In this document: in pieces, positions 23,222-32,974 of the stretch
Position numbering within the stretch: position 1 is the stretch's first letter
How the letters are laid out: each line of letters begins with the position of its first letter
Notes under the pieces: generated by a model
What the model was told of the DNA's origin: nothing
Databases searched by the model: none
What the model saw: the letters and a program-made list of their open reading frames with translations, nothing else
Made by a program: the position numbers and the translations under genes
Source of the DNA: Oleiphilus sp.
GTDB lineage: Bacteria > Pseudomonadota > Gammaproteobacteria > Pseudomonadales > Oleiphilaceae
Reading direction: 5' to 3'
Assembly (NCBI GenBank): GCA_006212045.1
Contig: PZPK01000010.1
Coordinates: 55,314 to 119,313, forward strand
Length of the DNA stretch: 64,000 nucleotides

Positions 23222-23292
23222 TCGCGCCGCTTCGCAGAGCGTAACTGCTCCACATTGCTGACTGAAAGGCTACGATTGCATCCGCGCAGGGC

Positions 23293-24072
23293 TCACGGAC
23301 GAGGTAGCCAACGTTTGATGCTGCTGTCGGGCTTGAGATAAGGCTCAAGTGCCTCATACCAGCTATATATCTGCGCCCGGTAACGCGCTTCGCACTGTTG
23401 CAGGCGCGCCTCCTCCCAAGCCAGTGCTTCCAAGGTTTCCTCGTAAGGCACGTAATCCTTTCCCAACACCGTGCACAAGATCAGTTGGTAGCGACTACGG
23501 TCGAATTCCATTTCAGATTGGCTGCTTCCTTCCTGCAGCGAGTGGCTGGCATCATCCACCACCAGATACTCTTCAGCCGCATCCAACAAATACTGATTAT
23601 CGTAAAGATTCAGAAGCATCAAAGTGGCAAAGCTATCCAGCGCGTATGCTTCCTCACCTCGAATCGGCAAAGCAAACTGGCTGACGAGAATACGCCCAAG
23701 TTCAAACCAGAACATTTGCTCTACCGCAGCACTGTATATTTTTTTCTGAACCCTCTCCCTCGCATAACGGGATTTCACACTGCCGAGAATCTGACGAAGA
23801 GTCGTCACTGGAATGAAAGAGGCATTCTTCCGGCTATCAAAATATCGAACATTGCCGCTATAAATCACAATTTCAACAGGTACCGACAACTGGATAGATT
23901 GCGTCACAAACGATTCGATGCGATCCGGAACACCAGAAGACTCCAATATGGTGCGGATATCCTGTTGGTATGCGTCCGGTTCCAGGTCCCAACGGACACT
24001 CAGGCCCTCTGCTCTGACGCCCAAGCACATGGGCAAGAGCAGTATGCACAGGTTTAACGGTCTAAGAGACAT
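23293..24072 (-). CDS. DUF4344-like protein with a degenerate metallopeptidase motif
   Basis: The start is set at MSLRPLNLCILLLPMCLGVRA (signal peptide), 35 nt downstream of the ppk1 stop. WFELGR occupies the place where I expect HExxH in DUF4344. The family call is from memory. Confidence 0.5.
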   Translation of the reverse strand: MSLRPLNLCILLLPMCLGVRAEGLSVRWDLEPDAYQQDIRTILESSGVPDRIESFVTQSIQLSVPVEIVIYSGNVRYFDSRKNASFIPVTTLRQILGSVKSRYARERVQKKIYSAAVEQMFWFELGRILVSQFALPIRGEEAYALDSFATLMLLNLYDNQYLLDAAEEYLVVDDASHSLQEGSSQSEMEFDRSRYQLILCTVLGKDYVPYEETLEALAWEEARLQQCEARYRAQIYSWYEALEPYLKPDSSIKRWLPRP

Positions 24073-24106
24073 GCCTGAAAAAATTCTTATCGTCTTCACC
24101 GATTGA

Positions 24107-26215
24107 TCATACCAAGGCCAGATTCTCGAGCAAATATTGCTGAGCGCTGAGTCGAGCCTCACCCTCCCCGGGTTGCCGCTGAATATAACTGCCATCACTT
24201 TGCATAATCCAGCTTTGGCAATTGTCATTCAGATAAGCGCCAAGCTCTTCCTGCACACGCTGCATCAGCTTTTTATTCTCTATCGGAAAACAGGTCTCGA
24301 CACGATTCAGGAGGTTACGCACCATCCAGTCGGCGCTGGCCCCATAGATTTCCTCATTGCCATCGTTGTGAAAACAGTAGACACGCGTGTGCTCCAGAAA
24401 TCTACCAATGATCGATCGAACAGTAATATTTTCGGACACCCCCTCTACACCGGGTCGAAGACAGCAAATGCCTCTGACAATCAATTCGATCGGAACGCCC
24501 GCCTGGGACGCTTTGTACAAGGCTCGAATAACTTTGGGCTCGGACAGCGAGTTCACCTTTACGATAATGCCTGAAGGTTTACCTGCGAGCGCGTTTTCAG
24601 CCTCGCGGTCAATCAACTGAATCAAGCGTTCGTGCAGAGTGAAAGGCGCATGAAACAGCTTTTTGATTTTCAGTACTTTCCCCATGCCTGTGAGTTGCTG
24701 AAAGATTTTGTGGACATCCTTGCCCAGCGCATCGTCACTGCTCATAAAGCTGTAGTCTGTATACAAGCGGGCATTCCCGGCATGGTAATTCCCGGTTCCC
24801 AGATGCACGTAATGTTTAAATCCGCTGGCTTCCCGACGAACGATCAGAATCATCTTGGCATGGGTCTTGTACCCGACGACTCCATAAACAACGACTGCAC
24901 CGGCTTCCTGAAGACGGCTGGCCAATTCGATATTTTCCGCTTCGTCAAAGCGTGCGGTCAGCTCAATCACGGCAGTCACTTCCGTCCCTCGTCTTGCTGC
25001 ATCCACGAGCGCAGCAACTACCTCGGAATTTGCACCGGTCCGGTAAAGCGTTTGCTTGATCGCCACCACATCCGGATCTTTTGCAGCTTCTCGCAGCAGG
25101 TCAACCACAGGTGTAAAGCTCTGAAACGGGTGATGCAACAGGATATCGCGCTGCTGCAAGGTACTCATAATGCTTTTACCGCTTTTGAGGAGCTTGGGCA
25201 GTCCCGGGGCAAACCCAGGATAAAGCAGATCTGACCTGTCCAGTAGACCCGGGAGACTCATCAGACGAGCAAGATTGACGGGGCCCTTGACCTGATACAG
25301 CTCGGCCTGGCTTAAACCAAACTGACTCAGGAGAAAGTTCACCAGATGCTCCGGACAGTTGTCCACCAGCTCCAGTCTGACTGCTTCACCAAAACGGCGA
25401 GACAATAGCTCACCTTTCAGTGCGGAAGCCAGGTCCTGCATATCATCATGCTCGATTTCAAAATCCGCATTGCGCGTCAGTCGAAACTGATAACAACCAA
25501 TGACGCTCATACCAGGAAAAAGCTGGTCTGCAAATGCATGGATAACTGAAGACAGGAACACCAGCTCGTCACCATCGGAAACGTCCGGAGGAAGTTTGAC
25601 GATACGCGGCAGTGACTTCGGTGCAGGGACGATTGCCATGCCGGTTTCCCGGCCGAAGGCATCCTTACCATCCAGCTCGACGATAAAATTGAGGCTCTTG
25701 TTCACCAATCTCGGAAAGGGGTGTGAAGGGTCCAGTCCGATCGGATTGATGACTGGCAATATTTCGTGTTCAAAATACGCGCGTAACCAATCAGTCTGCT
25801 GCTCATCCCATTCCGTGCGCCTCAGAAAGCGGATGTTTTGCGCCTCCAACGCAGGCAGAAGCTCGTCATTCAGGATGTCATACTGTTGTTGCACCAGATC
25901 ATGGGTAATGACATCAACTTCCTGCAAGGTCTTCAGCGGTGCTTGCCCATCCGGACCGACTGTTTCACGCCCATACTTGATCTGGTGATTCAGACCGGCC
26001 ACGCGAATCTCGAAAAACTCATCCATATTGCTGCTGAAAATACAGCAAAACTGGAGCCGGTTGAGCAAAGGGTGATTCTGATCCCTGGCCTGTTCCAGAA
26101 CCCGCTTGTTAAACTGCAAATGGCTCAGTTCACGGTTAAAATAGAATTCGTGAGCATGCAGATCAACCTCCGGGGGGGCCTGCTCGTGTTCATCCTTGCT
26201 GATTTCGGTGGTCAC
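24107..26215 (-). CDS. ppk1: polyphosphate kinase 1
   Basis: 702 aa. FFNRELSHLQFNKRVLEQA...LNRLQFCCIFSSNMDEFFEIRV and the HAKMILIVRRE and GTGNYH regions are canonical PPK1. Confidence 0.97.
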   Translation of the reverse strand: MTTEISKDEHEQAPPEVDLHAHEFYFNRELSHLQFNKRVLEQARDQNHPLLNRLQFCCIFSSNMDEFFEIRVAGLNHQIKYGRETVGPDGQAPLKTLQEVDVITHDLVQQQYDILNDELLPALEAQNIRFLRRTEWDEQQTDWLRAYFEHEILPVINPIGLDPSHPFPRLVNKSLNFIVELDGKDAFGRETGMAIVPAPKSLPRIVKLPPDVSDGDELVFLSSVIHAFADQLFPGMSVIGCYQFRLTRNADFEIEHDDMQDLASALKGELLSRRFGEAVRLELVDNCPEHLVNFLLSQFGLSQAELYQVKGPVNLARLMSLPGLLDRSDLLYPGFAPGLPKLLKSGKSIMSTLQQRDILLHHPFQSFTPVVDLLREAAKDPDVVAIKQTLYRTGANSEVVAALVDAARRGTEVTAVIELTARFDEAENIELASRLQEAGAVVVYGVVGYKTHAKMILIVRREASGFKHYVHLGTGNYHAGNARLYTDYSFMSSDDALGKDVHKIFQQLTGMGKVLKIKKLFHAPFTLHERLIQLIDREAENALAGKPSGIIVKVNSLSEPKVIRALYKASQAGVPIELIVRGICCLRPGVEGVSENITVRSIIGRFLEHTRVYCFHNDGNEEIYGASADWMVRNLLNRVETCFPIENKKLMQRVQEELGAYLNDNCQSWIMQSDGSYIQRQPGEGEARLSAQQYLLENLALV

Positions 26216-26242
26216 ACTAGATTGCCTGTAAATGTGGGTAGT

Positions 26243-27274
<1,032 letters not shown>

Positions 27275-27430
27275 TCAATAAATCAACCTCTAAGGTTAGC
27301 CGATTATGACTTCAAAGTCCTGATATACATCAATAATCGGATCAGGGAACTAGTTCTCGCGCTATCATGTCCTATAGTGTCTGTAATGGTCGGCCTTCAG
27401 GTCTCACTCGCCCTCAATCAAGGTTTTATT

Positions 27431-29575
27431 ATGTCGCGTCAAAAACTGCTTATTCTGTCTGTTCTGCTGGTGCTGTTCGGCGGTTTTATCTTTTTCGATA
27501 TCGGGCACTATTTGTCACTCGAGTACTTTCAGGCCCAGAAGAATCATTTTTTCGAGTATCAACAGAACAACCCTGTTCAAAGCGCCGCAATCTATTTTTC
27601 AGTGTACGTTGTGATCACCGCGCTTTCGCTGCCAGCCGCAGCGGTCGTCACCCTCATTGGAGGGGCGCTGTTCGGCCTGCTCTACGGCACGATCCTAGTG
27701 TCTTTTGCCAGTACGCTCGGCGCAACATTGGCATTCTTGTTGGCGCGAACGCTTTTTAGAGACAGTGTACAGAAACGCTTTTCCAGCAGTCTTAAGAAAA
27801 TCAATCAGGGTATCGCGAGAGAAGGAGATTTCTATCTGTTCGGGCTGCGTCTGGTTCCGGTATTTCCATTCTTCGCCGTGAACCTGCTCATGGGGCTAAC
27901 CCACATGCCGGCCACGCGATTTTTTATCGTCAGTCAGATCGGGATGCTACCCGGTACGATTGTCTACGTGAATGCAGGCACCCAGATAGCGCAATTGGAA
28001 TCTCTGTCAGGGATCGCCTCACCCGGACTACTGCTGTCTTTTGCATTATTGGGGCTGCTGCCTTTGGTTTCGAAACGTGTGCTCGACGGACTCAGGGCAA
28101 AACGGGTTTACAGCAATGTTGACAGGCCCAAACAATTTGACACCAACATGGTGGTGATCGGAGCAGGCTCGGGAGGACTGGTCAGTGCTTATATTGCCGC
28201 AGCTACCAAGGCCAAGGTCACACTCATCGAAAAAAACAAGATGGGCGGCGACTGCCTGAATACCGGTTGCGTACCCAGCAAGGCTATTATTCGTTCAGCT
28301 AGCGCGGCTGATCAGGTCCGCAGTGCCGGGCATTTTGGCGTTAAGGCATCGCTCGATCAGGTGGATTTCACGCGGGTCATGCAACGTGTTCATGAGGTCA
28401 TCAAAAAGATTGAGCCACATGACTCGGTTGAGCGGTACACCGAACTCGGTGTCGATTGTGTCCAAGGTGAGGCGCGCATTCTGGATCCGTTCCGCGTGCA
28501 GGTGAATGGGCGTACCATTGCCACTCGCAATATTGTCGTCGCTACCGGAGCACATCCGGCCACACCCCGGATAGATGGCATTGACGGCTGCCCCCACTAT
28601 AACTCGGATACCATCTGGTCACTGAAAGACCAGCCCCGCAAACTGCTGGTGATAGGTTCAGGCCCCATCGGCTGCGAATTGGCACAAAGTTTTCGAAGAC
28701 TGGGGAGCGAAGTTTGCATGGTGAATCGTTCAGACCGCATCCTCGCCAAAGAAGACCCGGAGGTCTCCCAAGTCGTCAGAGATCAATTTATACAGGAGGG
28801 AATCTCACTGTACCTGGGGGCAAACATCCATCAGATTTATTACTGCAAAACGCACAACAGTCATGTATTGGAGCTGGACTATCAGAATGAGGCCCATACG
28901 ATTGAATTCGACTGTCTGTTGACTGCTACCGGCCGAACGCCCAATACCATCGGTTTTGGGCTTGAGGATCTCGGCGTAGAGCTGAATGATAACGGAACGA
29001 TCAAGGTAAATGAGTACTTACAGACCAACTATCCGAATATCTATGCCTGTGGCGATGTCAGCGGCCCCTATCAATTGACCCACGCGGCTTCTCACCAGGC
29101 CTGGTATGTCGCAGTCAACGCGTTATTCGGACGGTTCAAGAAATTCAAAGTGGATTACCGGGTGATTCCATGGTCCACCTTTACGGATCCGGAAGTGGCT
29201 CGTGTCGGACTCAGTGAAACCGAAGCAAAAGCCGAAGGGGTTGAATACGAAGTGACGCGCTACGACCTGGATGATCTTGACCGCGCAATTGCCGACTCAC
29301 ATGACAGTGGCTTTGTAAAAGTGCTGACGGCGAAGGGTTCTGACAAGATTATTGGTGCTTGCATCGTAGGGAAACATGCGGGGGACCTGCTGGCCGAGTT
29401 CGTATTGGCCATGAAGCATGGCCTGGGGCTCAACAAGATCCTAGGAACGATCCACTCCTACCCGACGATGATGGAAGCCAACAAATACCTCGCAGGTGAA
29501 TGGAAACGCAACCATACGCCCGACCTGGCAATGAAGCTGTTGCCACGCTTTCATGCCTGGATGAGGAACCGCTAA
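27431..29575 (+). CDS. fusion protein: TVP38/TMEM64 (DedA-like) membrane domain + class I pyridine nucleotide-disulfide oxidoreductase
   Basis: The N-terminal ~230 aa are polytopic (LVPVFPFFAVNLLMG). The C-terminal ~480 aa carry GAGSGG (FAD), redox-active GGDCLNTGCVPSK, GSGPIGCE (NAD) and a HSYPTMMEA dimer-interface His-Glu. The start is set at MSRQKLL. Confidence 0.85.
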   Translation: MSRQKLLILSVLLVLFGGFIFFDIGHYLSLEYFQAQKNHFFEYQQNNPVQSAAIYFSVYVVITALSLPAAAVVTLIGGALFGLLYGTILVSFASTLGATLAFLLARTLFRDSVQKRFSSSLKKINQGIAREGDFYLFGLRLVPVFPFFAVNLLMGLTHMPATRFFIVSQIGMLPGTIVYVNAGTQIAQLESLSGIASPGLLLSFALLGLLPLVSKRVLDGLRAKRVYSNVDRPKQFDTNMVVIGAGSGGLVSAYIAAATKAKVTLIEKNKMGGDCLNTGCVPSKAIIRSASAADQVRSAGHFGVKASLDQVDFTRVMQRVHEVIKKIEPHDSVERYTELGVDCVQGEARILDPFRVQVNGRTIATRNIVVATGAHPATPRIDGIDGCPHYNSDTIWSLKDQPRKLLVIGSGPIGCELAQSFRRLGSEVCMVNRSDRILAKEDPEVSQVVRDQFIQEGISLYLGANIHQIYYCKTHNSHVLELDYQNEAHTIEFDCLLTATGRTPNTIGFGLEDLGVELNDNGTIKVNEYLQTNYPNIYACGDVSGPYQLTHAASHQAWYVAVNALFGRFKKFKVDYRVIPWSTFTDPEVARVGLSETEAKAEGVEYEVTRYDLDDLDRAIADSHDSGFVKVLTAKGSDKIIGACIVGKHAGDLLAEFVLAMKHGLGLNKILGTIHSYPTMMEANKYLAGEWKRNHTPDLAMKLLPRFHAWMRNR

Positions 29576-29587
29576 CGGAGAGTCGCT

Positions 29588-30301
29588 TCAGACTTGAAGA
29601 AGGGTAAGGTGCAGGACTGGTTTCATCGCCAACACAAACAGCACGCCCGCAACCATCATGCAGAAGGCACCGAAGGCCTGAGAACTGCGAATTTTCAGTT
29701 GCTGCCTTTTATCCATCCAGGCATTTCGCCACTTGCTGCAGGCGGTCGGTTCAAACAGACACAGCTGTGGGCAACCGAATCGGGAATGCTCAAAATCGTT
29801 AATACCCTGAGCGTCCTGATCACGCGTATATAGAATCAGGATGGCAAAACACAAGGCCAGAACAACCGATGCCAGCACAATTTTGATCGTGGAAAGCTCA
29901 AAACTGGAAAATATGGCTGCGCTGATCAGACAGGCGAACAGCAATAATTGAGAGAACACGAGTATGGAAATACTTTTACTGCTTCTTCGTTGACGACGCC
30001 TGGTTTTTGCAACCTTGAGACCCACGCAGTCTCCGACATGAAAACGACCTGAGGTCGCCGGATCGATCACGGTAAACGTCACTGGGCCCGATTCAGACTG
30101 ATACTCCACTACCGGATAGAAACCATTTTTCACATATGGATCTAAAGCATTCTGCGGAACGCAAGGAACAAAGACTTGCTGTATGGAAACAACCTTGGCG
30201 GGAACGGAATAGACACCCAGTAGAAACCTGACATAGTCCTTTATCAGGAAAACACTCGCCGCAGCAAGCGTCAGGCCTACGACAAAAATAAAAATATCCA
30301 T
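29588..30301 (-). CDS. DUF3592-like membrane protein
   Basis: 237 aa. An N-terminal TM segment is followed by a beta-rich segment (YPVVEYQSESGPVTFTV...GDCVGLKV) and further TM helices. The family call is tentative. Confidence 0.55.
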   Translation of the reverse strand: MDIFIFVVGLTLAAASVFLIKDYVRFLLGVYSVPAKVVSIQQVFVPCVPQNALDPYVKNGFYPVVEYQSESGPVTFTVIDPATSGRFHVGDCVGLKVAKTRRRQRRSSKSISILVFSQLLLFACLISAAIFSSFELSTIKIVLASVVLALCFAILILYTRDQDAQGINDFEHSRFGCPQLCLFEPTACSKWRNAWMDKRQQLKIRSSQAFGAFCMMVAGVLFVLAMKPVLHLTLLQV

Positions 30302-30483
30302 TTATTTAGCGGTCCTTGAACAACAAGAATGTACGTTCGTCACAACCAGATGCCAACAAAAGAGCAACACAACAAACCCGACCACGTCACACCTAAAACG
30401 AGAACGAAGTCTCAAAGGAGGCAGGATTATCCCATATTTTCAGGTGCTGACAAGAGATAATTCAGACTTTGTTTATTTTGCGC

Positions 30484-30509
30484 ACAAAAAAAGGCGCTTC
30501 TGCGCCTTT
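30484..30509 (-). terminator. rho-independent terminator of the SutA-like gene
   Basis: Stem aaggcgc/gcgcctt with loop ttct, followed on the minus strand by TTTTTTT. Confidence 0.65.
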
Positions 30510-30587
30510 GTTATCAACTACTCAAACAATAATAGGATGCTGCGAATACTACTAAATGCCAGAACAACTGCTCAGAGATATTCGTGA

Positions 30588-30785
30588 CTAGATGGGCGCA
30601 GATCCGTATGTCATTGAGGGCTTTTTGGGAGGATCAGCTCGAACATTATCAGCTATTTGCTTTACCTGCCCTCCTTTTTTTAGAAAGGACTCAACATCAC
30701 TGGACAACTGCTTGCGAACAGATTCCCGCAATGCAGCCGGCGATTCACTACTACATTCAACGATTACTGAAGCTTGCTTTGACAT
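30588..30785 (-). CDS. SutA-like small RNA polymerase-associated regulator (65 aa)
   Basis: The C-terminal half, ESFLKKGGQVKQIADNVRADPPKKPSMTYGSAPI, matches my recollection of the conserved SutA C-terminus (FL..GG.V..I..NV.ADPPKKP...YGSRPI). A terminator lies downstream. Confidence 0.55.
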   Translation of the reverse strand: MSKQASVIVECSSESPAALRESVRKQLSSDVESFLKKGGQVKQIADNVRADPPKKPSMTYGSAPI

Positions 30786-31063
30786 AATTACACACCTTAC
30801 TTACCAACGGACAGAGACAATCCCCTGAACCGCGCGGTTTTTTTGTTTTACTTCACTTTTCTTTATATAGGCCTGTTTTTCCTGCCCATGACAGCCAGGC
30901 TTTGGTAATGAACCTGCATAAGACAGCAGCACACTGCCGGCAAACAATAAAAGATCCATCAATCTTATATTTAACAGTACGCTAGTCAATAAATATAAAG
31001 CATAATATTAATAAATCAAGGTAATTTATTGGTTTATAACGTATTTTAATTATTATCTGTTTA

Positions 31064-31271
31064 AGTGCGTAAAGACGGCCCATGTGACTCGTGAAGTTTT
31101 GCTAATAAAAGTTGAGAATTGCAAAGTCGGCGGGCACTTTTCAGGATCTTGGCTAGGCTGAATTTATGCGCAATGGAAAATAGCGACAGCGCAAGGTTTT
31201 CTCCAAGGTTATTTTCCAATCCCTAGTTGTTATAGAAACTTTTGGGAATCCATTTTGGATTCCCTTTTTTT
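31064..31271 (+). ncRNA. candidate small RNA (~200 nt) of unknown family
   Basis: Sigma70-like TTGGTT (31029-31034), 16 nt spacer, TATTAT (31051-56). About 200 nt with no ORF over 17 codons. A strong terminator follows: gggaatcc/ggattccc plus T7 (31244-31271). Boundaries are inferred only. Confidence 0.3.
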
Positions 31272-31387
31272 GTTTCTTTTGCAGCCCTTTGCCGTATTTC
31301 GTGTTACATCATGCTGCCCCTTACCGTTTTTGCTCTCACAGGAAATATCCGTAAAATGATTCGCTTTTAAACCATAAAGACCAGACC

Positions 31388-32248
31388 ATGGGTAAACTAG
31401 CCGAACTTAGCCGGGAACTACTGCGTCATTCACCGCAGCTTAACTTTAATGCGATCGAAGTCGGCGCAATGCCGATTCCAGGTCATCCGGAGCCAATACA
31501 TGCATTATTGAACTTGTTCAAAGACAGTACACTCTATGCTTTTGAACCGGATCAGGAAATGTGCGAGCAGCTAAACGCATCCAGCCCTGCCAATATTCGG
31601 TACATTCCGAAAGCCCTGGGTGTATCCAATACGCAGGCGACGCTGTATAAAACAGAAAACAGAAGCTGTTATTCGCTGTATCAACCCAACGAAGCTTTTT
31701 GCGGCTTATACCGGGGCATGGAATCGATGAAGACGATCGGTACTGAAGCCATCGATGTATATACCATGGACAGTCTGCTTGAAACTGGAGATATCGATGA
31801 TCCGGACACGATTAAAATTGATGTTCAGGGAGCCGAGCTGGATATTTTCAAAGGTGCCAATCGGTCACTTGAATCAACCTTGCTTATCGTCGCCGAAGTA
31901 GAGTTTGTTCCTTTATACAAGGAACAACCCCTGTTCGGTGATGTCGCTGGCTATTTAAGGGAGCAGGGCTTTATGTTTCACAAGTTCAGCGGAATCTGTG
32001 GTCGAAACCTTGCGCCGGTGGATCTGGGACAGCACATTAATCAGGGCTCACAGCAGATGTGGTCGGACGCAATTTTTATCCGGGATCTTTCTGAACTGGA
32101 CCGCTTGTCCACTGAAGCGCTGCTCAAGTTGGCACTGTTTTCCATTATTTATCAGAGCCCGGATTTATGTCATTTTTGTCTGGCAAGGGTCGATGAGCGC
32201 GATAACACGAGTTTGGCGGAAAGTTTCATCCGACTTCTAAATGCGTAA
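31388..32248 (+). CDS. FkbM family methyltransferase
   Basis: 286 aa. IKIDVQGAELDIFKGANRSL...VAEVEF is the characteristic FkbM-type SAM methyltransferase core. It is a solitary gene. Confidence 0.8.
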   Translation: MGKLAELSRELLRHSPQLNFNAIEVGAMPIPGHPEPIHALLNLFKDSTLYAFEPDQEMCEQLNASSPANIRYIPKALGVSNTQATLYKTENRSCYSLYQPNEAFCGLYRGMESMKTIGTEAIDVYTMDSLLETGDIDDPDTIKIDVQGAELDIFKGANRSLESTLLIVAEVEFVPLYKEQPLFGDVAGYLREQGFMFHKFSGICGRNLAPVDLGQHINQGSQQMWSDAIFIRDLSELDRLSTEALLKLALFSIIYQSPDLCHFCLARVDERDNTSLAESFIRLLNA

Positions 32249-32272
32249 ACGATACTGCATTGTCGTTGCCTG

Positions 32273-32902
32273 CTACTGATCAGGTTTTTGCAGTGTAATG
32301 TGGCTGATGTCGGGCACGCTGACCGGCACCTCCTCCTTTTCATCCTGAAGGTCGCTGCCAGGAGGCAATATCTCTATGCCGCCTAACTCCTTGAGCTCAA
32401 CCTCTGGCACCGGTTCGGATTCGTCCGAGAGCCTTACACCTACCGGCTCCAGGTCCAGCGCGCTCTTTGAAAGAATGTCGTCGACTTTATCTCCGGCAAT
32501 TCCTGTTTGGTCCTGCGAATCATGCCTGGCCTCAGTATCCTGCCCCATTGGCGCATCCGCGTGATTCCTGTCACTTGCCGGAGGAGATGCCGCCGCTGCT
32601 TGTCGCTCTGTTGAAGGATCGTCCGAAGACATACCCGAAGAGTCCGGATGAAATTCCTGACCGGGTTGACCCATCATTTCAATTTTGCAGACGGCACCTC
32701 TTTTCGCCATAGCGCCGACATATTTTTGCGCCGTTTCATAATCCAGCTTGTTACGTATCACCACCCGATTTCCGGTGAACATTCTTTCGACCTGGTCGAC
32801 CGAGGCCTTGAACATCGCTGCTACATTCTGTTTTACATCAGCCTCGGCAACACCATCGGTCAGTTGTCCGTAAAATGCCAATTCAAGATTATTTGATCCC
32901 AT
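32273..32902 (-). CDS. hypothetical protein: ~80-aa N-terminal globular module plus acidic disordered tail
   Basis: 209-aa ORF with coherent composition. I recognise no family. Confidence 0.5.
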   Translation of the reverse strand: MGSNNLELAFYGQLTDGVAEADVKQNVAAMFKASVDQVERMFTGNRVVIRNKLDYETAQKYVGAMAKRGAVCKIEMMGQPGQEFHPDSSGMSSDDPSTERQAAAASPPASDRNHADAPMGQDTEARHDSQDQTGIAGDKVDDILSKSALDLEPVGVRLSDESEPVPEVELKELGGIEILPPGSDLQDEKEEVPVSVPDISHITLQKPDQ

Positions 32903-32974
32903 GGTTTTCGTAGCTCATTCTTCAACTAAACATCGTCTATTCAGCATAGACTATTCGGCTCTGATCGTACGCCT

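Noticed and set aside
22851-23292. Absence of nth (endonuclease III) after rnfE, and likewise absence of trxA upstream of rho at 53989-54226
   Set aside because: This is ordinary lineage-specific synteny variation. No remnant or scar sequence was seen by eye.
23398-24057. 219-aa plus-strand ORF
   Set aside because: It is antisense to the signal-peptide-bearing gene 23293..24072, which is positioned as a ppk1 operon partner. There is no Shine-Dalgarno or motif.
24632-25234. 200-aa plus-strand ORF, and other plus ORFs at 24137-26263
   Set aside because: All are antisense to ppk1, which is unambiguous over its whole length.
30584-30828. Two plus-strand ORFs (67 and 78 aa) overlapping the SutA-like gene
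   Set aside because: The minus frame has the conserved ADPPKKP...YGS.PI tail and a proper downstream terminator. The plus frames have neither.
30801-30989. 62-aa minus-strand ORF upstream of the SutA-like gene, and the palindrome aaccgcgcggtt + T7 at 30828-30845
   Set aside because: The ORF needs a TTG start with no Shine-Dalgarno, and it contains the hairpin internally. The hairpin has only a 4-5-bp stem and points along the plus strand, where there is no gene. I read it as a leader or structural element of the sutA-like promoter region, not as a gene or a reliable terminator.
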